A stretch of 64,000 nt of DNA. It comes from Bacteroidota bacterium (GTDB lineage: Bacteria > Bacteroidota > Ignavibacteria > Kapaibacteriales > UBA961). A program made the translations under genes and the position numbers. The notes below the pieces were generated by a model. That model saw only the letters and a list, made by a program, of their open reading frames with translations. It searched no databases and was not told where the DNA came from. Shown here piece after piece: positions 48,858 to 57,695 of the stretch (its first letter is position 1; each line of letters starts with the position of its first letter). The stretch lies in assembly GCA_018266765.1 (NCBI GenBank), contig JAFDZU010000036.1, forward strand, positions 22,240 to 86,239, given 5' to 3'.

Positions 48858-49967
48858 TTAGAAGTTAATATTACCGGTTGAAATCTTGAATGGATAGAAT
48901 ATATTAAACTTTACAGTATCTCCAAATTCAATAGCAGGTGCAGGAAATTTAAAATAATTAAAACATTGCCGTAACCAGTTGAGAAAATTTGTAGTATTGG
49001 GAATTAGTCTTGCTAAATTGTAATCCAAACTGATAATAAATTTTTTATCACCATAATATGTTCCATTCTCATAATGCAAATCGCGAACAGCATAACCAAA
49101 TGCAAGCTCTAACCACGAAGGATAATATTTTTGCCATGTTTGCGGTAGAAGATTATATACATTTACAGACATCCACCAAGTCCAAGAACTATAATCATCA
49201 ATAAATGAAGATGCTTCCAAACGTGGCTTTTCATTGTACCAACGAGCAGGGAAGTAAGTTGCTTTTGGAGTAAAATTTTGTAAAAACGGAAAGTAATGTT
49301 GGGCAAGATAATATCCGAATCCTGCAAGATCACCAATGAAATCTGAAGTTGAAAATCCCCAGTTCTCACCAAAACCATCCATTATTTCAATATATAATTG
49401 ATATCCGAACCCCATAAATCCACCATAAAGTATTGCATTCTCGTAGCTAAATCCAGAACCAATCAATGCTTCGGTAGAACAATAACTTATAAAATAGGCA
49501 CCCCAGAAATGTCCACCTTTATCAGCATAAAAATCTTGTGCTCCGTCTTCGATAAAACGAAATGTTCGAGTTTTATTCCAAATTGTATTTAATTGATAAA
49601 TATGAAGTCCACCTAATATTCCAAAATATGTTCCCCCGACTAAAGCAGTTGTAACCGGTTTGAGTTTATTAACTTTACGAGGTAAGGAAGCATCAATAGT
49701 GTACCGTGGTTCTCCTGCAATCGTAAATTCTTCTAAAGGTAAAAGTTCATCATCAACTTTCATTTGTGATACAGTATCTTTGGGGGCAGGTTCATTGTTT
49801 AATGGTGCAACTTTTATATCTGTTGCAACTGAATCTTGTTCACAATTATCTATCATAAGCGGATGAGACATACCCGCAAGTGCGGTAGATTCAGTATTAT
49901 TAATTGATTGCCCAAACGTAACAGTGAAAGAACATAGAAAAAGAATCAAATAATGGCGTATAAACAT
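48858..49967 (-). CDS. secreted hypothetical protein, possible DUF2279-like domain
   Basis: Signal peptide. Aromatic/Gly-rich with a YADKGGHFWGAYF motif reminiscent of DUF2279 (DK..H). Assignment is tentative. Confidence 0.4.
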   Translation of the reverse strand: MFIRHYLILFLCSFTVTFGQSINNTESTALAGMSHPLMIDNCEQDSVATDIKVAPLNNEPAPKDTVSQMKVDDELLPLEEFTIAGEPRYTIDASLPRKVNKLKPVTTALVGGTYFGILGGLHIYQLNTIWNKTRTFRFIEDGAQDFYADKGGHFWGAYFISYCSTEALIGSGFSYENAILYGGFMGFGYQLYIEIMDGFGENWGFSTSDFIGDLAGFGYYLAQHYFPFLQNFTPKATYFPARWYNEKPRLEASSFIDDYSSWTWWMSVNVYNLLPQTWQKYYPSWLELAFGYAVRDLHYENGTYYGDKKFIISLDYNLARLIPNTTNFLNWLRQCFNYFKFPAPAIEFGDTVKFNIFYPFKISTGNINF

Positions 49968-50151
49968 TGATGTTTTATTGAAAGTTTAGATTGAAATATT
50001 TAGCGAATTTACAATTTTTCTTTGAATTTTCGGTAGTGACGGAATATCAAACTAAATTGTTGGTTATTCATAAAAATCACTAAATCTTTCGTAATTTCGT
50101 ACTGTATATTGATTATTATTTCTTTCTTTATTATACACGGAGAACAATATT

Positions 50152-51144
50152 ATGGCAATACGAATTGCAATTAACGGATTTGGTCGCATTGGACGTTTGG
50201 TGTTCCGTGCCGCAACCGCACAAACTGGTGAATTTGAAATAGTTGGTATTAATGATTTAACAGATGCCTCTACACTTGCTCATCTACTCAAATATGATTC
50301 TGTTCATGGTAAATTTAACGGTTCAGTTTATGCAGATGGTAATAATTTAGTTGTAAATGGTGTTTCAATTCCAATTTCAGCACAAAAGCAGATTGAAAAT
50401 TTATCGTGGGGAACGGTTGATGCAGTTATTGAATCTACAGGTGTTTTTACAAATCGTGAATCGTTAGAAAAACATTGTGCCAATGGTGCTCGAAAAGTAA
50501 TTCTTTCAGCTCCTGCAAAAGATAAATTAGACAGAACAGTTGTAATGGGAGTAAATGACAGTGAAATTACCGGCAATGAACGAGTGATGTCGAATGCTTC
50601 TTGCACAACTAATTGTTTAGCTCCTATGGTTAAAATTCTCCATGATAATTTTGGAATTCAAAAAGGTTATATGACAACAGTTCATGCTTATACGAACGAC
50701 CAAAATATTTTAGACTTACCACATAAAGATTTACGCAGAGCACGTGCGGCAGGTGTTAGTATTATTCCTACTACAACAGGAGCGGCAAAAGCAGTTTCTG
50801 AAGTTATGCCAGAGCTTAAAGGACGTTTAGACGGGTTTGCTTTCAGGGTTCCCGTTCCTGATGGTTCGATAACTGATTTTACTGCACTTTTAGATCGCGA
50901 AACAACCAAAGAAGAAATTAATGCTTGTTTTAAATCCGCTGCTGATGGTGCAATGTCAGGAGTTTTGGAATATACCGATGAACCACTTGTTTCTGTGGAT
51001 ATTGTCGGTAATTCACATTCGTGTATTTTTGATTCACTTTCTACGATGGCAAGTGGTAACTTTGTGAAAGTTGTCGGATGGTATGATAATGAATGGGGTT
51101 ATTCAAATCGAGTAGTTGATTTGGTAAAGAAAGTTTGCAAATAA
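50152..51144 (+). CDS. gap: type I glyceraldehyde-3-phosphate dehydrogenase
   Basis: INGFGRIGRLVFR, the active-site motif SNASCTTNCLAP, and WYDNEWGYS. Confidence 0.95.
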   Translation: MAIRIAINGFGRIGRLVFRAATAQTGEFEIVGINDLTDASTLAHLLKYDSVHGKFNGSVYADGNNLVVNGVSIPISAQKQIENLSWGTVDAVIESTGVFTNRESLEKHCANGARKVILSAPAKDKLDRTVVMGVNDSEITGNERVMSNASCTTNCLAPMVKILHDNFGIQKGYMTTVHAYTNDQNILDLPHKDLRRARAAGVSIIPTTTGAAKAVSEVMPELKGRLDGFAFRVPVPDGSITDFTALLDRETTKEEINACFKSAADGAMSGVLEYTDEPLVSVDIVGNSHSCIFDSLSTMASGNFVKVVGWYDNEWGYSNRVVDLVKKVCK

Positions 51145-51176
51145 TTTTATTTTGCATTTAAATTTATAGATTCTTT

Positions 51177-51212
51177 AGCCCTATTCCTGATTTTAATGAA
51201 TGGGGCTTTTTT
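51177..51212 (+). terminator. intrinsic terminator after gap
   Basis: 10-bp stem AGCCCTATTC / GAATGGGGCT followed by TTTTT. Confidence 0.7.
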
Positions 51213-51237
51213 ACAAACCAATTTATTTGATTGACTT

Positions 51238-52338
51238 GTGAATGTTATTAATAAATCCGTATGGGATGTAAAAGAAATTCTTGCACTAACTTTTGTTCGT
51301 GGACTAACGGCTGTTACTCTTCGCTCACTTGTTGAAAAATATAATTCTTTAGAGGAGTTATTCGACAAACCACCGGAAAATAAAGTTGGTCAACGTCTTC
51401 TGCAAAACGATTTATTCCTTAAATCCGGTATAGATGCTCTGAGATCTGAAGCTGAGATTCAACTTGAACGTTGTAATAAGCAATCTGTTGATATTTTACA
51501 TTTTTGGGATGAACGCTATCCGGTTTTGTTACGTGAAATACCTTTTCCACCAGCTTTGTTGTTTGTAAAAGGAACTTTAATACCCGAAAAAGATTCAATT
51601 GGTATTGTTGGAACAAGGTTATGTACAAGTTATGGCAAATTAACGACTGAACGGTTTGCAGAGTATTTTGCAAAAAACGATATGATAGTAACAAGTGGAC
51701 TTGCAAATGGGATTGACAGTATTGCACATAAATTTGCTTTAAATACGGGTGGCAAAACGTATGCCGTCATTGCATCAGGGATTGATTGTATATCTCCTCA
51801 ATTATCCGCAAAACTTGCTGAACAAATATCCGAAAATGGCGCAGTAATTAGTGAATACAAATGTGGGGTAAAAGCAATGCCAGCTTATTTTCCACAACGA
51901 AACAGAATTATCAGTGGAGTATCAAAAGCAGTTGTTGTTATTGAAAGCGGACTCAAAGGTGGCGCATTGATTACAGCTCAATTTGCCGCCGATCAATCTC
52001 GTGAACTGTTTGCCGTTCCGGGAAATATCTCATCTGAAAAAAGTATGGGGACAAATAAACTTATTCGCAAGAACATGGCAATTATAGCGTTATCTCCCGA
52101 GGATGTTTTGGATGAACTTGGGTATATGCAAGCATCACATTCACCGGAAGTAGAAATAACATTTACTCATGATATTGAACGTAAAATTTATTCAGCACTT
52201 AGTTTTGAACCAATTCAAATGGATACACTTGCTGACAATCTAAAACTTTCACCTCAAGATGTTATGGTAAATTTGCTTATGCTTGAATTTCGTGGATTAA
52301 TACGTCAAATAGCCGGCAAGCAATTTATTCGTTTGTAA
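51238..52338 (+). CDS. dprA: DNA-processing protein DprA
   Basis: GTG start. GIVGTR.., SGLANGIDSIAH, FPQRNRIISG and VIESGLKGGALITA motifs. Confidence 0.88.
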   Translation: MNVINKSVWDVKEILALTFVRGLTAVTLRSLVEKYNSLEELFDKPPENKVGQRLLQNDLFLKSGIDALRSEAEIQLERCNKQSVDILHFWDERYPVLLREIPFPPALLFVKGTLIPEKDSIGIVGTRLCTSYGKLTTERFAEYFAKNDMIVTSGLANGIDSIAHKFALNTGGKTYAVIASGIDCISPQLSAKLAEQISENGAVISEYKCGVKAMPAYFPQRNRIISGVSKAVVVIESGLKGGALITAQFAADQSRELFAVPGNISSEKSMGTNKLIRKNMAIIALSPEDVLDELGYMQASHSPEVEITFTHDIERKIYSALSFEPIQMDTLADNLKLSPQDVMVNLLMLEFRGLIRQIAGKQFIRL

Positions 52339-52359
52339 CCATCTAATTTTTTAAATGAA

Positions 52360-53394
52360 ATGCAAAAACATACGACTCCATCGAGGAAACAACAACACGT
52401 TGAATTATGTGTAAATGACGATGTAACTTTTCGTAGAAAGACGAATGGATTTGAACGATATGAATTTATTCATAATGCTTTGCCTGAGTGTAATTTTTCA
52501 GATATAAGTACTGTAACAGAGTTTTTGGAATATCGTTGTAGTATGCCTTTGTTAATTTCTTGTATGACAGGAGGTTATCCAGACGCAGAACGTATAAATG
52601 GAGACCTCGCTGAAATCTGTCAAACTTTTAATATTCCGATGGGAGTCGGTTCTCAGCGTCAAGCAATCGAGAATTCTCAATATCATCGCTCATTTCAAAT
52701 TGTAAGAGAAAAAGCCCCTTCTATTCCGCTTCTCAGTAATATTGGTGCACCAGAAGTTGCAAAAATGAAGTCATCAGATGACATATGTCGGATGATAGAT
52801 TTGATTAAAGCGGACGCAATGGTTATTCATTTGAACCCGTTGCAAGAATTGCTACAACCGGAAGGTTCTCCTAATTTTACCGGGGTTCTTTCCGGTATTG
52901 AGCAGCTTGTCCGATGGTTAGAAATTCCAATATTCGTCAAAGAAGTTGGTGCCGGTATTTCCGCTGATGTTGCCAAACGTTTACTATCGGTAGGAGTTAA
53001 AGGAATTGATGTAGCCGGTGCTGGTGGAACAAGTTGGGCTGGAGTGGAAATTCTTCGTAATACAGAGCAAGAAACTTTATCACATTATTGGGATTGGGGT
53101 ATTCCAACAGCCGAATGTGTCAGCCAAATCAAGCCACTAAAAACTGAGAATAACTTTACTTTAGTTTCTTCAGGTGGAATACAATCTGCAATGGAAATTG
53201 CACTTTCACTGGCGTTAGGAGCTGATTTCTGTGCTTCCGCGCGTCCTATGCTCAAAGCTTTATTTACTGGAGGACAGAATGAACTTTCAGCTCAATTAAA
53301 TCAGCTGCAATTGGATTTAAAGAGAATTATGTTTTTAGTTGGAGCAGTTCAAATAAAACAGTTGCAACAAGTTGATATCATATCTGTTTCCTAA
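52360..53394 (+). CDS. fni: type 2 isopentenyl-diphosphate delta-isomerase
   Basis: RK..H, ISCMTGG, GVGSQR, VKEVGAGIS and SGGI motifs of FMN-dependent IDI-2. Confidence 0.88.
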   Translation: MQKHTTPSRKQQHVELCVNDDVTFRRKTNGFERYEFIHNALPECNFSDISTVTEFLEYRCSMPLLISCMTGGYPDAERINGDLAEICQTFNIPMGVGSQRQAIENSQYHRSFQIVREKAPSIPLLSNIGAPEVAKMKSSDDICRMIDLIKADAMVIHLNPLQELLQPEGSPNFTGVLSGIEQLVRWLEIPIFVKEVGAGISADVAKRLLSVGVKGIDVAGAGGTSWAGVEILRNTEQETLSHYWDWGIPTAECVSQIKPLKTENNFTLVSSGGIQSAMEIALSLALGADFCASARPMLKALFTGGQNELSAQLNQLQLDLKRIMFLVGAVQIKQLQQVDIISVS

Positions 53395-53432
53395 AATTAA
53401 CGTTAGTAATTAGAAATGTGAACCATTGAATT

Positions 53433-55139
53433 ATGCTTAAAATTCTTACTATAAAAAATTTCGCATTAATAGAGTCATTGGAACTTGTATTTTCACGTGG
53501 ATTAAATATAATTACTGGAGAAACGGGAGCAGGAAAGTCTATTATTGTAGATGCTTTGATGGTAATTTTAGGTGAACGTGCATCAAGTGATTTGATTCGC
53601 CATAATTCTGAAAAAGCTATAGTAGAAGGCGTGTTTAGCACAGAAGGAAACACGGCAGTAGGTGATTGGTTACTACGCCATAATTATGATTCATTCGGAA
53701 AAGAAATAATTGTCCGTCGTGAACTTGCTCTCAAAGGTTCATCTCGATGCTTTGTAAATGATTCACCTGCTAATGTTAGTATTGTCAAAGAATTAGGCGA
53801 CATTTTAGTTGACTTTCACGGTCAGCACGATCATCAATCATTGCTCAAAACCGAAACCCATCTACAGCAAATTGATATCGCAGGAGGAACCGGTTCCATT
53901 CGAAATGAATATGAAAAATCTTTTCATAAACTCACTGAATTAGTAGAAACTCTCGAAGATTTAATACGCAGAGAACATTCAATGCGACAGCAACAAGAAT
54001 TTCAAAAATTCCAATTAGAAGAAATAGAACAAGTAACACCACTTGAGAACGAAGAAAATATTTTATTATCCGAACTTTCAATAATAGAAAATTCCGAATA
54101 TTTACATAGTTCAACAATGCAAGTATATTCCATGCTTTATGATGAAGAGAATTCACTTCGTGATAAACTAATTAAAGTAAGAAATATACTCGGTGAATTA
54201 CAACAAATTGACAAAAGTTTTACTGATTATTACGAAGAATGTCAGTCAGCAATTGTTGTAATGCAAGAAATAGCAATGTTTGCTCAAAATTATAATTCAC
54301 GCATAGAAATACAACCGGAACGTTTAGAGTTTATTCGTCTAAGAATCGGAAAATTACAACGACTGCGGAAAAAATATGGAAGCTATGAACAGATGTTTGA
54401 ACAATGGGAATTGCTCAAATACGAACTTGGATTAGTTGAGAATTTCGAGAAAGAAATTGAACGACTTGAACGAGAAATAAGTCAGGAACAACAAACAATC
54501 GGAAAACAAGCTTTGCGTCTTTCAATGAAAAGGTCAGAAATTGCTCGAACAGTTGAAAAATCAATTATATCTACTCTGAAAACATTGGGAATTCCTAATG
54601 CAAATTTCAAAGTAATCCTCCGAAAAGAAGTTTGCCTTGAAGAAAAAATAGCGGCTATTATAGATGGAAAAAAATATCGTGCTTTTGTAGATGGAATAGA
54701 TACAGCAGAATTTTATATTTCCACAAATAGTGGGGAAGAGCTCAAACCACTCACGAAGGTAGCTTCGGGTGGTGAAATTTCACGAATTATGCTTGCCTTA
54801 AAAAGTATTTTAGCTAAACAAGACAGATTGCCAATGTTAGTATTTGATGAGATAGACACAGGAATTAGCGGTCGAATTTCTCAAAAAGTGGGAATTGCAA
54901 TGAAAAAACTTGCCAGTTTTCACCAAATAATAGCGATTACTCATCAGCCGCAAATAGCCGCTCTTGCCGATGCACATCTTGCAGTCGAAAAAATAGAATC
55001 CAATGGCAGAACTTATGTTAAAGCTACATTTTTAAATTTAGAACAACGAATTACTGAAATCGCAAAATTATTAAGTGGTGAAAAAATCACATCAGCTTCT
55101 CTTGAAAGTGCGAGAGAATTAATAGAAATAAAGGATTAA
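53433..55139 (+). CDS. recN: DNA repair protein RecN
   Basis: N-terminal Walker A ITGETGAGKSI, long coiled-coil middle, C-terminal SGGEISRIMLALK and LVFDEIDTGISG. Confidence 0.92.
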   Translation: MLKILTIKNFALIESLELVFSRGLNIITGETGAGKSIIVDALMVILGERASSDLIRHNSEKAIVEGVFSTEGNTAVGDWLLRHNYDSFGKEIIVRRELALKGSSRCFVNDSPANVSIVKELGDILVDFHGQHDHQSLLKTETHLQQIDIAGGTGSIRNEYEKSFHKLTELVETLEDLIRREHSMRQQQEFQKFQLEEIEQVTPLENEENILLSELSIIENSEYLHSSTMQVYSMLYDEENSLRDKLIKVRNILGELQQIDKSFTDYYEECQSAIVVMQEIAMFAQNYNSRIEIQPERLEFIRLRIGKLQRLRKKYGSYEQMFEQWELLKYELGLVENFEKEIERLEREISQEQQTIGKQALRLSMKRSEIARTVEKSIISTLKTLGIPNANFKVILRKEVCLEEKIAAIIDGKKYRAFVDGIDTAEFYISTNSGEELKPLTKVASGGEISRIMLALKSILAKQDRLPMLVFDEIDTGISGRISQKVGIAMKKLASFHQIIAITHQPQIAALADAHLAVEKIESNGRTYVKATFLNLEQRITEIAKLLSGEKITSASLESARELIEIKD

Positions 55140-55150
55140 AGGTAACTCGT

Positions 55151-55768
55151 ATGATACCCTACAATAAAACTACATTATCGAGAATAGAACTCGAAGAATC
55201 TTTGGTTCATCACTGTAATCCATTGGAAATCAACAAAGTGATGAGTGCATACGAACTTTCAGAAAGTGTACACTCGGGTCAACTAAGGAGTGATGGTAGT
55301 GAATATTTCTATCACTGTGCTCGCGTTTGTAAAATATTACTTCACGAATTAAGTATTACAGATATTGATATTCTTTCAGCCGCTTTATTACATGATGTTC
55401 TGGAAGATTCACCGAGTTTAATGCCTTCATTGTTTGGTAACGTATTGGAATATAACTTTGGTAGATATGTTGCATATATTGTAGAAACGCTTACTAAAGA
55501 TTTAGTAAGAAGAGAAATTGAACCTGAGGAAGTGGATAGAGAACATATTGAACGATTAAAGCACTCAAGTTCGGACTGTTTATTAATTAAACTCGCCGCT
55601 CGGTTAGATAATTTTCGTTGTTTAGGTTTCAATCTTAAACGGAACCCGCATCGTTATATCAAAGAAACTGAAGAAATTATTATTCCGCTTGCAGAAAATA
55701 GTGAAATAAATCATTTTACTTTTTTAATCAATGAATTAAAACAAGAACGAAATAAATTCTTAGGATAA
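55151..55768 (+). CDS. HD domain protein (RelA/SpoT-type (p)ppGpp hydrolase domain only)
   Basis: YFYHCARV.. and the HD motif AALLHDVLEDS. 205 aa with no synthetase domain. Confidence 0.7.
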   Translation: MIPYNKTTLSRIELEESLVHHCNPLEINKVMSAYELSESVHSGQLRSDGSEYFYHCARVCKILLHELSITDIDILSAALLHDVLEDSPSLMPSLFGNVLEYNFGRYVAYIVETLTKDLVRREIEPEEVDREHIERLKHSSSDCLLIKLAARLDNFRCLGFNLKRNPHRYIKETEEIIIPLAENSEINHFTFLINELKQERNKFLG

Positions 55769-55805
55769 TTCCTTTAAGAATATTTACTTACAATCGCCAA
55801 CAATT

Positions 55806-56219
55806 ATGTTAGACCGATTAACTGATCTAATTTTATTTCGATATACAAATCAAGGAAAAGATGACAATTCTAATTCTACTCCTTATATTACAATGGGTTC
55901 AATTGTTTGGGGTGGACTTGTTCGCATCGGAATAATTATAGTAGTAACTTGGTCTGTCGTTGAATATTATGATTTGAGGGATTATTGGATGATACCGCTT
56001 TTGTTAATCGTTGCTTTTGTAATATATCCGGCATCTCGACAATATTATCATTTTACAGGACGAATTGAAGTGATGCAAGAAGAAACTTTATGTGGCTCAT
56101 GCAAACATTTCGATCCCACAAGTCAATTATGCAGAGTCTTTGATGAACATGTAAGTACAACGTATATTCCTTGTGAAGGTGATAGTTGGGAACCTCTTTC
56201 TTATGAAGAAAGAAGTTGA
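55806..56219 (+). CDS. hypothetical membrane protein with C-terminal Cys cluster
   Basis: Two hydrophobic helices, then CGSCKHF..C..(x17)..C. No recognised family. Confidence 0.4.
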   Translation: MLDRLTDLILFRYTNQGKDDNSNSTPYITMGSIVWGGLVRIGIIIVVTWSVVEYYDLRDYWMIPLLLIVAFVIYPASRQYYHFTGRIEVMQEETLCGSCKHFDPTSQLCRVFDEHVSTTYIPCEGDSWEPLSYEERS

Positions 56220-56299
56220 TATCGTCTATAATAAAATCAATGTTTTTGAAATTCCTATTGTGTAAGAAGCTATAAAATGATATTTTTGCATTCGTTGAT

Positions 56300-56375
56300 G
56301 GCGAACGTAGCTCAGCTGGTAGAGCAGCGGTTTGTGGTTCCGCTGGTCGTGGGTTCAAGCCCCATCGTTCGCCCA
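56300..56375 (+). tRNA. tRNA-His (anticodon GTG)
   Basis: Cloverleaf folded by hand. Encoded extra G-1 pairs with C73. Acceptor GCGAACG/CGTTCGC, D arm GCTC/GAGC, anticodon loop TTGTGGT, T arm GTGGG-TTCAAGC-CCCAT. Confidence 0.9.
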
Positions 56376-56391
56376 AAGCATTGAATTCAAA

Positions 56392-56427
56392 GGGCGTTGC
56401 TACTCCGCAACGTCCTTTCTTTTTTTT
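56392..56427 (+). terminator. intrinsic terminator after tRNA-His
   Basis: 9-bp stem GGGCGTTGC / GCAACGTCC followed by TTTCTTTTTTTT. Confidence 0.8.
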
Positions 56428-56474
56428 GATTTTTTTCTACCATTTATAGAATATATAGTATTTGGAATAAAAGT

Positions 56475-57499
56475 ATGAGGTATAAACTATTGGGTAAAAG
56501 TGGCATTAGAGTATCCGAAATTTGCCTTGGTACGATGACTTTCGGTGAAGAGTGGGGTGGGGAGCAAACAAAGAAGAAAGTCGAGGAATTTTTGATTCGT
56601 TTGTATCAAAAGGTGGAAATTTTATTGATACTGCCAATCGTTATACCGAGGGCACAAGCGAAAAATATGTAGGAGAATTCATAGCATCTGACCGTGAACG
56701 TTTTGTTATTGCAACAAAATATACTCTATTCACTCGTAGAAATGATGTAAGCGCATCCGGCAATAATCGCAAAAGTATGATACAGTCGCTTGAGCAAAGT
56801 TTAAAGCGGCTTGGCACAGATTATATTGATTTATATTGGGTTCACGCATGGGATTTTATGACACCAGAAGAAGAAGTAATGCGTGCATTAGAAGATATGA
56901 TACGGGCAGGAAAAATTCTTACAATTGGAGTTTCCGACACACCGGCTTGGATTGTTTCACGTTCTAATACTATCGCAGAATTAAGAGGATGGTCTCAATT
57001 TGTTGGATTACAAATAGAATATAGTTTAACTCAGCGTACTGTAGAACGAGATTTAACACCGATGGCACGTAGTTTTGATATGGCTATCCTTGCTTGGGCT
57101 CCACTTGCCGGCGGCGCTCTAACCGGTAAATATTTAACTACGAATGATTCATCAAAACGACTTAATCCGCTTAGTTCAAGATTAAACGAGAAAAATACAA
57201 TTATAGCACGAGAAGTAGTTTCAATCGCAAATGAAATTGGATGCAAACCTTCTACTGTTGCGATTAATTGGTTACGTTATCAGAAGGGTATTGTAATTCC
57301 ATTGGTTGGTGCAAGGACAATTATACAAATGGAAGAAAATATGGACTGTTTAAACTTCACTTTGACACCAAAACAAATTGAACGATTAAATAATGTTAGT
57401 GAAATTGAACTAGGGTTTCCCCATGATTTTTATAATAAAACTCAAGATATTATTTTTGGTGGAATGAAAGAAAGTATAGATAATCATTTACTTAAATAG
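56475..57499 (+). pseudogene. aldo/keto reductase split by a 1-nt frameshift
   Basis: ORF 56475-56672 starts MRYKLLGKSGIRVSEICLGTMTFGEEWG. ORF 56552-57499 continues (W)GANKEESRGIFDSFVSKGGNFIDTANRY.. in the +1 frame. The junction is TGGGGTGGGGA at 56553-56563, where TGG-GGN-TGG-GGA would restore a single AKR. Confidence 0.8.
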
Positions 57500-57683
57500 T
57501 CTTTAAAAGTAACACTTTAAACTTGATATATTAGAATTTTAATTATTGAATAAACATAAGTTTCGGATGAATTCTTGAGTAGATATGTAAAATTCATTGT
57601 TTATTTGGTGATAGAACGCTATATTCGTAACTTCTTTTTGGCAGGTAAAACCTGATTTTGATGAACTCACGCAGACTAATTCT

Positions 57684-57688
57684 GGAGG
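57684..57688 (+). promoter_or_regulatory. Shine-Dalgarno GGAGG for secD
   Basis: GGAGG lies 7 nt upstream of the TTG start at 57696. Confidence 0.55.
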
Positions 57689-57695
57689 TAACGCC

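Noticed and set aside
53378-53653. 91-aa minus-strand ORF spanning the fni-recN junction
   Set aside because: It is antisense to the recN N-terminus, which carries a Walker A motif, and it has no motifs of its own.
56053-56376. 107-aa minus-strand ORF starting MGERWGLNPRPAEPQTAALPAELRSP
   Set aside because: Its 5' part is simply the antisense translation of tRNA-His, and the rest overlaps the 55806-56219 gene.
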